Shown here in pieces: positions 26,365-37,561 of a stretch of DNA of 37,561 bases. The DNA is taken from assembly GCA_964423845.1 (NCBI GenBank), contig CAYRGU010000045.1, forward strand, positions 1 through 37,561, read 5' to 3'. The first letter of the stretch is position 1; every line of letters begins with the position of its first letter. The notes beneath the pieces were generated by a model. It was not told the origin of the DNA. It ran no database searches and saw only the letters and a program-made list of their open reading frames with translations. The position numbers and the translations under genes are program-made. Source of the DNA: an uncultured Nitrospirota bacterium (GTDB taxonomy: Bacteria; Nitrospirota; Nitrospiria; SBBL01; SBBT01).

Positions 26365-27273
26365 GTGGGAATGATGGACAAGAAAGAAGAGGGGTATTCC
26401 GTATTCGTTCTCCCCTTGGGGTTGGCCAAGCCGTACTGCTTTACCATCAAAAAAAAGGCGGTTCTGGGGGTATTGGGGATTCTCTCGGTCGCTTCTTTCG
26501 TTTTTTTGGGTTTGATTGTTCAATATGTTCTGGCTTTGGGGCAACTCGGCGAGTTGCGTGGCCTGCTTCAGGTTACGAAGGATCAGCGGGTAGAGATTCA
26601 GAGCATTATGCTGAAGGTCGATGGCTTCAAGAAACAGATGTTGCAGTTGAAAGAGATGGATCAGAAATTAAGGATTATTGCCGGGTTGTCTCCCCAAAGT
26701 GGGGGATCGGGCCTCGGTGGGCCGGAGGCGTGGCAGAGTTCTCAAGTATCGCAATCCGGTATCATGAATTCGGTACATTTCAACGTGGAGGACCTGCAAC
26801 GACAGGCTTTACGACAGGAAGAAAGTTTTCAGGAATTGGCGGCGGCGATTGTTCAGCGCCAGTCTGTTTTAGCTTCAACCCCATCTATTTTACCTACAGA
26901 TGGTTTAGTTCTCTCTCCTTTTGGAAAACGGATCTCTCCATTTACAGGTCGGCTTGCGATGCATGGCGGCATTGATATCGGTGCCCCGTATGGGGCTGCC
27001 GTTATCGCGTCGGCTGCTGCGACGGTTATTTATGCCGGGTTTGACGGTAGCTTCGGAAAGGTTGTGAAGTTGGCCCATAGCCGTGGAATTCAGACGATTT
27101 ATGCGCATCTGTCGAACGCGGCGGTGAGGGTGGGGCAAAAAGTGAAACGGGGGGAAACGATCGGCTTTGTGGGCACCACAGGTCTTTCCACCGGTCCACA
27201 TCTCCACTACGAAGTTTATGTCAACAGTGTGCCAGTTGATCCGATGGGGTATGTTTTTCATGAAAGATCATAG
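26365..27273 (+). CDS. M23 family metallopeptidase (murein DD-endopeptidase-like) with an N-terminal TM and coiled-coil
   Basis: HGGIDIGAPYGAAV (HxxxD) and GTTGLSTGPHLHYEV (HxH) motifs. ATG 26371 or 26374 are alternative starts. Confidence 0.85.
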   Translation: MGMMDKKEEGYSVFVLPLGLAKPYCFTIKKKAVLGVLGILSVASFVFLGLIVQYVLALGQLGELRGLLQVTKDQRVEIQSIMLKVDGFKKQMLQLKEMDQKLRIIAGLSPQSGGSGLGGPEAWQSSQVSQSGIMNSVHFNVEDLQRQALRQEESFQELAAAIVQRQSVLASTPSILPTDGLVLSPFGKRISPFTGRLAMHGGIDIGAPYGAAVIASAAATVIYAGFDGSFGKVVKLAHSRGIQTIYAHLSNAAVRVGQKVKRGETIGFVGTTGLSTGPHLHYEVYVNSVPVDPMGYVFHERS

Positions 27274-27311
27274 CCAAGAGGCTGAAGGCTTCTTTGAAAC
27301 TATGAGAAGCG

Positions 27312-27336
27312 GGAGAGGGGATTCTCTCCGTTTTAT
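27312..27336 (+). terminator. Possible terminator after the M23 peptidase gene
   Basis: GGAGAG (27312-27317), a 6-nt loop, CTCTCC (27324-27329), then G-TTTTATT. Confidence 0.35.
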
Positions 27337-27395
27337 TAACGCCCGGTATGATTTCTTGGAGAGATCAATTGGGAAAGAGGAGGTAAGGTAGTCCG

Positions 27396-27602
27396 ATGGG
27401 AGTCAAAGGTAAAGTAAAATGGTTTAATGAAAAAAAGGGATATGGATTTATTGAACGCGATGAGGGCGGCGATGTGTTTGTCCATTTCTCGGCGATTAAG
27501 GGAGATGGCTTCAGGACGTTGGCTGAAGGACAGGCGGTTGAGTTCGAGATTGTCCAGGGAGATAAAGGGCCCCAGGCATCGAATGTGTTAAGGGCTTCCT
27601 AA
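27396..27602 (+). CDS. cspA: Cold-shock protein (CspA family, S1-like OB fold)
   Basis: [15 protein letters not shown] (RNP1) and DVFVHFSAI (RNP2); 68 aa. Confidence 0.95.
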   Translation: MGVKGKVKWFNEKKGYGFIERDEGGDVFVHFSAIKGDGFRTLAEGQAVEFEIVQGDKGPQASNVLRAS

Positions 27603-27627
27603 AACCACTCAAGTTTCTGACCTAAGT

Positions 27628-27663
27628 AAAAACCCCGACACGAGGTTCGTGCCGGGGTTTTTT
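27628..27663 (+). terminator. Rho-independent terminator after csp
   Basis: A-tract, then CCCCGACACG (27633-27642), loop AGGTT, CGTGCCGGGG (27648-27657; one mismatch), then T6 (27658-27663). Confidence 0.8.
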
Positions 27664-27711
27664 ACTTCTTGAAGAAAACAGGGGCCATCAGAAGAGGTAT
27701 CGCAAAGGGAA

Positions 27712-30348
27712 ATGTTCAGGGCATTTTTAAGAAGAATCATTGGAAGTCGAAATGACCGGGAACTTAAGCGGCTTTGGCCGATCGTTGAGGCCGTTCATGG
27801 CCATGAGGCCTCGATTTCTGCCTTGTCCGATCAGGGATTGCGCGAGAAGACGGCGTCCTATCGCAAACTTCTCGCCGGGTCTCCCTCTGATTTAGAGCGA
27901 TCCAGCCAGCTTTTTATGATTCTTCCGGAGGCGTATGCCGTCGTCCGGGAGGCCTCGCGGAGGGTGCTTTCCATGCGGCATTTTGACGCGCAGATTTTGG
28001 GTGGAATCGCCTTGCATGAAGGAAAGATTACGGAGATGAAGACGGGTGAGGGAAAAACCCTTGTGGCCACGCTGCCGGTCTACCTGAATGCTTTGACCGG
28101 GCGGGGGGTTCACGTCGTGACGGTGAACGATTATCTGGCAAAACGGGACTCAAAATGGATGGGGGAGATTTATCGATTTCTGGGCCTTTCCGTGGGTCTG
28201 GTTCAACATGATGCCCCAGATTTGGAGCGGCAAGCCGCCTATGGTTCGGATGTGACGTATGGGACGAATAATGAATTCGGGTTTGATTACCTGCGCGATA
28301 ACATGAAGTTTGATTCGAAAAAATTTGTTCAGCGGGAACTCAACTATGCCATCCTCGACGAGGTGGACAGCATCCTGATTGATGAGGCGAGAACCCCCCT
28401 TATTATTTCAGGGTCTTCAGAAGAATCAACCGATCTTTATCATCGTGTGAACCAGATCATCCCGCTTTTGAAAAATGAGGAAGACTTTACCGTTGAAGAG
28501 AAGACTCGGACCGTCACGCTCAGCGAAAGTGGTAATACGAAGGTTGAACGGTTACTTGGCCTGGACAACCTTTATGATCTGGCAAACATGACCTTGGTGC
28601 ACCATGTATTACAGGCCCTGAAGGCGCACACCCTTTTCAAGTGCGACGTGGATTATGTGGTGAAAGACGGAGAAGTGATTATTGTGGATGAATTTACGGG
28701 GCGACTGATGCCAGGGCGCCGCTGGAGTGATGGCCTTCATCAAGCGGTCGAGGCAAAAGAAGGGGTGAAGACGGCCAATGAGAACCAGACGTTGGCCTCG
28801 ATTACCTTTCAGAACTATTTCAGGCTCTATCAGAAACTTTCGGGGATGACCGGTACCGCCGATACCGAGGCGGCCGAATTTTCAAAAATATATAACCTGG
28901 AGGTGATGGTCATTCCTCCAAATCGTCCGATGGTTCGAGAGGATTTCGCCGACTTGATCTATCGAACCGAAAAGGAGAAATTCAATGCCATTGTGGATGA
29001 GATTGTCGAGTTGAACAAAACAGGACATCCCGTTTTGGTTGGAACCATCTCCATTGAAAAATCGGAGCGGCTCTCTGCGATGCTCAAGCGTCAGGGCGTT
29101 CCCCATTCGGTTTTAAATGCCAAGTATCATGAAAAAGAGGCGGAGATTATTGCCCAGGCAGGACGCCGTGGGGCGGTGACTATTGCCACCAATATGGCCG
29201 GCCGTGGGACAGATATTCTCCTGGGGGGAAATCCTGATTTTTTAATCAAGCAATATGAGGCACAGCATCCTGATGCGGAGTCGTCTGTGCTGCTTGCGGC
29301 CCGGGAAAGTATTTCTGCGGCGAGTGAAGCAGATCGCCTGGGGGTGATTGCCCTGGGTGGACTTCATATCATTGGGACCGAGCGGCATGAATCCCGGCGG
29401 GTGGATAATCAGCTCCGAGGGCGCGCCGGTCGACAGGGAGATCCGGGCTCTTCCCGGTTTTATCTGTCGCTTGCGGATGATCTTTTACGTATTTTTGGAT
29501 CGGATAAAATCTCAAATCTCATGGCCAAATTAGGCATGGAAGAAGGCGTTCCCATTGAACATGGCATGGTCACGCGCGCGATTGAAAATGCGCAGAAACG
29601 AGTAGAAGGACATCACTTCGATATCCGTAAGCAGCTTTTGGAATATGACGATGTCATGAATCAGCAGCGAACGGTGATTTATCACCGCAGGCGGGAGATT
29701 CTTCCAAGGGAGTCTGTTTCTGACGATCTCCGGGAGATGATTCTTGAACAGGTTGAGGAGATGCTCCCGACCTATTGTCCGGAAAAGGCCTATCCAGAGG
29801 CCTGGGAGGTGGATGGCCTGATTGAGGCGATCACCCACCGGTTTAACCTCACCCTTTCCAAGGAGGTGTTGGGGTTCCCCTCCGTCGGCATTGAGTCGCT
29901 CAAGGAGACGATTCAGCGGGAGGTGGGGCAGGCTTATGAGAGGAAGCGGTCAGAAATAGGGGAAGCGGCGGCCTGCTTTCTGGAAAAGCAGATTTTTTTA
30001 CGAATGATTGACACCCATTGGAAGGATCATCTCCTGGCGATGGATCACCTGAAGGAGGGGATTGGCTTACGGGGTTACGGCCAGAAAGAGCCTCTTTCTG
30101 AATATAAGCGGGAAGGTTTTCAGATGTTCTCGGCCATGATCGAGCGGATTAAGCAGGATACCCTTGAGCAGCTCTTTCGGGTTCAGGTGACCTCCGATCC
30201 GATGCTTCCCGCCCCCAAGGTCCAGCCGGTCCATTTGAATCGTGGAGAGTCAGTCCCTCCGGCGCGCCGGGAGACAAAAAAGGTGGGGAGAAACGACCCT
30301 TGTCCTTGCGGAAGCGGCAAGAAATATAAAAAATGCTGTGGGGCGTGA
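27712..30348 (+). CDS. secA: Preprotein translocase ATPase SecA
   Basis: [14 protein letters not shown] Walker [24 protein letters not shown]-like box and [10 protein letters not shown]. The C-terminal zinc-binding tail is [14 protein letters not shown]. Confidence 0.97.
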   Translation: MFRAFLRRIIGSRNDRELKRLWPIVEAVHGHEASISALSDQGLREKTASYRKLLAGSPSDLERSSQLFMILPEAYAVVREASRRVLSMRHFDAQILGGIALHEGKITEMKTGEGKTLVATLPVYLNALTGRGVHVVTVNDYLAKRDSKWMGEIYRFLGLSVGLVQHDAPDLERQAAYGSDVTYGTNNEFGFDYLRDNMKFDSKKFVQRELNYAILDEVDSILIDEARTPLIISGSSEESTDLYHRVNQIIPLLKNEEDFTVEEKTRTVTLSESGNTKVERLLGLDNLYDLANMTLVHHVLQALKAHTLFKCDVDYVVKDGEVIIVDEFTGRLMPGRRWSDGLHQAVEAKEGVKTANENQTLASITFQNYFRLYQKLSGMTGTADTEAAEFSKIYNLEVMVIPPNRPMVREDFADLIYRTEKEKFNAIVDEIVELNKTGHPVLVGTISIEKSERLSAMLKRQGVPHSVLNAKYHEKEAEIIAQAGRRGAVTIATNMAGRGTDILLGGNPDFLIKQYEAQHPDAESSVLLAARESISAASEADRLGVIALGGLHIIGTERHESRRVDNQLRGRAGRQGDPGSSRFYLSLADDLLRIFGSDKISNLMAKLGMEEGVPIEHGMVTRAIENAQKRVEGHHFDIRKQLLEYDDVMNQQRTVIYHRRREILPRESVSDDLREMILEQVEEMLPTYCPEKAYPEAWEVDGLIEAITHRFNLTLSKEVLGFPSVGIESLKETIQREVGQAYERKRSEIGEAAACFLEKQIFLRMIDTHWKDHLLAMDHLKEGIGLRGYGQKEPLSEYKREGFQMFSAMIERIKQDTLEQLFRVQVTSDPMLPAPKVQPVHLNRGESVPPARRETKKVGRNDPCPCGSGKKYKKCCGA

Positions 30349-30443
30349 CAGGGGGTGGTTGGGCGCACTGACGGAATGCCCCGCCAATCCCAGCCGGGTC
30401 GACAGAGAATCCACATTCGTACCAGGACAAGGCGACACACGCA

Positions 30444-34018
<3,575 letters not shown>

Positions 34019-34022
<4 letters not shown>

Positions 34023-35578
34023 CCACGGAACTCCACGTTTTCGTCAGCTCCGTGCAAAAGGAATTGGAAGACGAGCGACTCATTGTCCAGAATCTAATGA
34101 ACACCGACCCGTTCCTTTCCACGCATTGCGTTCCGGTGCTCTACGAATTCGAGCCGGCCTCACCTGATAAGGCCTCGGAGGGATGTATTAAGGCGCTCGA
34201 CCGTTGCCAGGTCTATTTGCTTATGGTTGGCGTCCAATACGGCGCCCTGGTGCGTAAACTCTCGATCACGCACATGGAATATCGCCGGGCCAAGCAAAGG
34301 AAACTGCCCATTCTTGCCTTCGTTAAGGGTGGCCGCGGCGTGAAACGTGAGGAAGGAACCGGCGCATTCCTCAAGGAACTCGATGACGACGGCCTCAAAT
34401 ACAAGCGTTTTGGTAATGTCATCGAGCTGCAAAAGGAGGTCCGTGCCGCGCTGGTGAATCTCCTCGCAGACCGGTTCGGCATCGTCCCCACCAGCGACGA
34501 GAATGTAATCGCTGAGCAGACGATTGAGGCGACGTCTCCTTTCGAATCGCAGCGGATGGATCGGGTCCGGTGGAAAAACCTCGACCAGGGAGTAGCGAGA
34601 CAATTGATCGCGACGGCATCGGATCTGCCGCCCCAAGAGTTAGCGAGTACGGATGTTCTCGAAGGTGCTGCAGCACGCGGGCTGGTCTGGTTCAACGCGG
34701 ACTCTGGCGAACACTTCGCTACTGCGGCCGGTATCGTGCTTTTAGCGAAAGACCCTTCGGCTGTCTTTCCCCAGTGCCGTATCCTCGCTGACGCCTACCG
34801 TAGTACCGAGCCCGATGGTGACCCACGTGACCAAGAGGATATCCGGGGACCAATGCCCCTGGCGATTGACCGCGCCATTGCCTTCGTCGACCGAAACACC
34901 CGCCATCCCATGAAAGTGGTCGGCCTCAACCGCGTCCGGCTCGACGAGTACCCTGTTGAAGCCCTGCGAGAAGCGCTGGTCAACGCTGTGTCTCACCGTC
35001 GATACGAAGATGCCGGGCGCAAGATCATGCTGGAAGTCTTTTCCGATCGTGTGATCATCGCCAGCCCCGGTCTGCCGCCCGCGCCGATTACCCTCGCCAG
35101 CCTCCGCAAAGGGAAATATCGGCCCTGCTCGCGCAACCCTGTTCTGGCCCAGGGCCTTTCTTACTTTCACCGCATCGAAGAGCGCGGCAGCGGCTTCCGC
35201 CGGATGCACGATCAGATGCTCGACCACGGTCTGGATCAGCCGCTGATCGGCACCGATACGGGTTACTTCCAGATCACCTTCCCGGGGCCGGGCGACGCCA
35301 TCGAGCGGATCCGCGTACCCGAGAAACAGCTTGTAGTGACTCCGGCGGTTGAGGCGCGACTCAGCGACCGGCAGAGACGGATTCTCGGGGAGGCGCTAAG
35401 GACAGGCTTCGTTACCCGGCGTTGGTGCGTGGCCGAGTTCGGGGTGGCTAACGATACGGCCGGGCGTGACCTCAAGTCGTTGGTAGACATAGGATTGCTG
35501 TTGTCAGAGGGCCGGGGGCGGGCCGTGCGTTACCTGCTGCCGCCCCCCGAATCGACCGGGAAACGACCGACTCGCTGA
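34019..35578 (+). CDS. DUF4062-like N-terminal domain fused to a COG2865-like (HATPase_c_4) module and C-terminal winged HTH; putative sensor/regulator of the module
   Basis: ATG overlaps the helicase stop (ATGA, 34019-34022). The N-terminus ([14 protein letters not shown] ... [11 protein letters not shown] ... [10 protein letters not shown] ... LPILAFV) matches the DUF4062 pattern as I recall it. [20 protein letters not shown] ... VIIASPG.LP ... [23 protein letters not shown] matches the 'RecG-like' HATPase_c_4 module of COG2865 proteins. [45 protein letters not shown] is wHTH-like. No AlbA_2/Schlafen N-domain is present. Confidence 0.8.
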
Positions 35579-35639
35579 GGAAATCGCCCGATGGAGAATC
35601 GACCGATAATCGACCGACGGCCCCCCGGAATCGACCGAC
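35549..35639 (+). repeat. Cluster of six AATCGACCGA-like direct repeats spanning the 3' end of the wHTH gene and the spacer before the methyltransferase gene
   Basis: Perfect copies at 35597-35606, 35608-35617 and 35629-35638. 9/10 copies at 35550-35559 and 35582-35591. A one-base-deleted copy at 35562-35571. Longer shared context CCCCCCG(G)AATCGACCG at 35543-35558 and 35621-35637. Confidence 0.9.
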
Positions 35640-35652
35640 GAAGGAAGGACTG

Positions 35653-37561
35653 ATGACCAGGACGCATAAGAAACTCATCGAAGTCGCCCTGCCGCTCGAC
35701 GCCATCAACACGGCCTCGGCGCGGGAAAAATCCATCCGGCACGGCCACCCGAGCACGCTGCACCTGTGGTGGGCGCGGCGGCCGCTGGCGGCGGCGCGGG
35801 CGGTGATCTTCGCGCAGATGGTGGACGACCCGTCGGCGCACCCGGACCTGTTCAAGACCGAGCAGGCGCAAGAGAAGGAGCGGCTGCGGCTGTTCAAGAT
35901 CATCGAGGACCTGGTGCTGTGGGAGAACACCACGAACGAGACGGTCTTGCAGGCGGCGCGCGACGAGATCTGGGCAAGCTGGCGGCGCGCCTGCGCCGAG
36001 AACGCCGACCATCCGCGGGCGAAGGATCTGTTCGACCGCAACAAGCTCCCCGCCTTCCACGATCCCTTCGCCGGCGGCGGCGCGCTGCCGCTGGAGGCGC
36101 AGAGGCTGGGGCTGGAGAGCTACGCCAGCGACCTGAACCCGGTAGCGGTGCTCATCAACAAGGCGATGATCGAGATCCCGCCGAAGTTCGCGGGCAAACC
36201 GCCGGTCAATCCGAAAGCAAGGGGAAACATGGGCCACTCGGGGAGCTGGCACGGAGCACAGGGATTGGCCGAGGACGTGCGCTACTACGGCCAGTGGATG
36301 CGCGACGAGGCCGAGAAGCGCATCGGCCACCTCTACCCGAAGGTCGAGGTCACCGCCGAGATGGTGAAGGCGCGGCCGGACCTGAAGCAGTACGCGGGCC
36401 GGAAGCTCACCGTGATCGCCTGGCTCTGGGCACGCACGGTGAAGAGCCCGAACCCGGCCTTTGCCCAGGTGGACGTGCCGCTCGCCTCGACCTTCATGCT
36501 CTCCACCAAGCCGGGGAAGGAAGCGTACGTCGAGCCGGTGATCCTGGGAGCGCCGGCGTCCCCGCCGGCAGGGAAAGAACAAGCCGCCGGGACGGCGGCG
36601 GTCCCAGGCTACCGCTTCACGGTGAAGATGGGGAAGCCGAAGGATGCGGAGGGGGCGAAGAACGGCACCAAGCTGTCGCGCGGGGCGAACTTCCGTTGTG
36701 TGATGTCGGGCACACCGATCGCTACCAACTACATCAGGGCTGAAGCACAAGCCGGACGCATGGCTGTGCGGTTGATGGCTGTCGTAGCAGAGGGCGAGCG
36801 TGGGCGCGTGTACGTGACGCCGCAGTCGGAAATGGAATCTGTCGCCCGATCAGCCTCGCCAGCATGGAAGCCCGATCTCAAGGTGCCCACGCCGTGTCAC
36901 GACGTTGACCGACTTCCGATGTACGGCATGCCGACGTGGGGTGACGCTTTCACCCCCCGCCAGCTCGTGGCGCTGACGACCTTCTCCGACCTGGTGCAGG
37001 AAGCGCGCGAGCGGGTGCAGCGCGACGCCCTCGCCGCCGCCCTCCCCGACGACCCCAAGCCCCTGCGCGACGGCGGCACCGGCGCCACCGCCTACGCCGA
37101 GGCGGTGGGGGTGTACTTGGCTTTTGCGTTGAGCAAGCAGGCGGACCTCGGCAACAGCCTTTGCCGATGGGAGCCGATCGCCCAGTGCCCTCGACAGCTT
37201 TTCGGTCGCCAGGCGATCCCGATGATCTGGGACTACGCCGAGGGCAACCCGCTCGGCGACAGTTCGGGCGCATGGGTAGTTTTCGTGGACGGCATCGTCA
37301 AGGCGTTCACGAAGGCGTTCGAAACCGTGAAGGCGACCGCTGTGGGTCACGCTGAACAAGCCGATGCAGGAATGCAGAGCGTCGCTCTCGGGAAAGTCGT
37401 CTCCACCGACCCGCCGTATTACGACAACATCGGCTACGCCGACCTGTCGGACTTCTTCTACGTCTGGCTACGCCGCTCGTTGCGACCCGTCTTTCCCGAC
37501 CTCTTCGCCACACTTGCGGTGCCCAAGGCGGAAGAGCTGGTCGCCACGCCCTACCGCCACG
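35653..37561 (+). CDS. DUF1156-type (COG1743-like) DNA amino-methyltransferase; the 3' end is truncated by the window edge (636 codons visible)
   Basis: Absent from the ORF track because there is no in-window stop. I translated it by hand from ATG 35653 (RBS AAGGAAGGA at 35641-35649): [51 protein letters not shown]... The HLWWARRP signature is at 35761-35784. SAM motif I DPFAGGG is at 36061-36081. Catalytic motif IV DPPY is at 37408-37419. The frame stays open to 37561. Confidence 0.9.
   Translation, partial: MTRTHKKLIEVALPLDAINTASAREKSIRHGHPSTLHLWWARRPLAAARAVIFAQMVDDPSAHPDLFKTEQAQEKERLRLFKIIEDLVLWENTTNETVLQAARDEIWASWRRACAENADHPRAKDLFDRNKLPAFHDPFAGGGALPLEAQRLGLESYASDLNPVAVLINKAMIEIPPKFAGKPPVNPKARGNMGHSGSWHGAQGLAEDVRYYGQWMRDEAEKRIGHLYPKVEVTAEMVKARPDLKQYAGRKLTVIAWLWARTVKSPNPAFAQVDVPLASTFMLSTKPGKEAYVEPVILGAPASPPAGKEQAAGTAAVPGYRFTVKMGKPKDAEGAKNGTKLSRGANFRCVMSGTPIATNYIRAEAQAGRMAVRLMAVVAEGERGRVYVTPQSEMESVARSASPAWKPDLKVPTPCHDVDRLPMYGMPTWGDAFTPRQLVALTTFSDLVQEARERVQRDALAAALPDDPKPLRDGGTGATAYAEAVGVYLAFALSKQADLGNSLCRWEPIAQCPRQLFGRQAIPMIWDYAEGNPLGDSSGAWVVFVDGIVKAFTKAFETVKATAVGHAEQADAGMQSVALGKVVSTDPPYYDNIGYADLSDFFYVWLRRSLRPVFPDLFATLAVPKAEELVATPYRH

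Noticed and set aside
30385-30425. tRNA-3'-end-like remnant (..GGGTCGACAGAGAATCCACATTCGTACCA..) as a possible att site at the island junction
   Set aside because: It does not fold as a T-arm plus acceptor: there is no TTCGAAT-type loop and no 5-bp T stem. The resemblance is limited to GAATCC...CCA.
35530-36750. 406-aa minus-strand ORF and the overlapping 325-aa plus-strand ORF (35766..36743); similar ORFs occur at 33243..33923 and 36850..37359
   Set aside because: All overlap the motif-bearing helicase or DUF1156 reading frames. Their translations are Arg/Gly/Pro/Ala-rich with no recognisable motifs. They are GC-content artefacts.

Overview
The window has two compositionally different parts.

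(1) Positions 1-30348 are an ordinary chromosomal backbone of a diderm (Gram-negative-type) bacterium. GC is roughly 50% by hand count of a few 60-nt lines. Genes in order:
- a truncated CBS-domain gene
- a phosphomannomutase plus dTDP-rhamnose block (PMM/PGM, long-form RmlA, RmlB, RmlD; no RmlC)
- malQ
- scpA-scpB and a DUF2231 membrane protein
- a lone polyprenyl-phosphate sugar transferase
- folC-lptD
- tRNA-Lys(UUU)
- a FecR-like protein, a HAMP histidine kinase and a REC-GGDEF response regulator
- htrA/degP, tRNA-Phe(GAA) and lptF-lptG on the minus strand
- an MFS transporter, cstA, an M23 peptidase, a cold-shock protein and secA

(2) Composition switches abruptly just after the secA stop codon (30346-30348) to about 65% GC and stays there to the window end. 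From about 30.2 kb the ORF track fills with long Arg/Ala/Gly/Pro-rich ORFs in all frames, which is typical of GC-rich DNA. This block carries three co-directional genes that look like a restriction-modification-like or anti-phage module:
- a 1192-aa SNF2/DEAH helicase fused to a C-terminal PD-(D/E)xK (DUF3883-like) nuclease fold
- a translationally coupled 519-aa DUF4062-like + COG2865-like (HATPase_c_4) + wHTH protein
- a DUF1156-type amino-methyltransferase gene that is absent from the supplied ORF track because it runs off the 3' edge

A cluster of AATCGACCGA direct repeats sits in front of the methyltransferase gene. This block is my best candidate for the system of interest. Its right half, possibly including a DUF499-type ATPase, lies outside the window.

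Other observations are a family of CTGCG-based 9-bp repeats, tandem in one intergenic region and in-frame inside lptD, and a 3 x 15-bp tandem repeat upstream of lptF. All domain calls come from motif recognition by eye; no searches were run.
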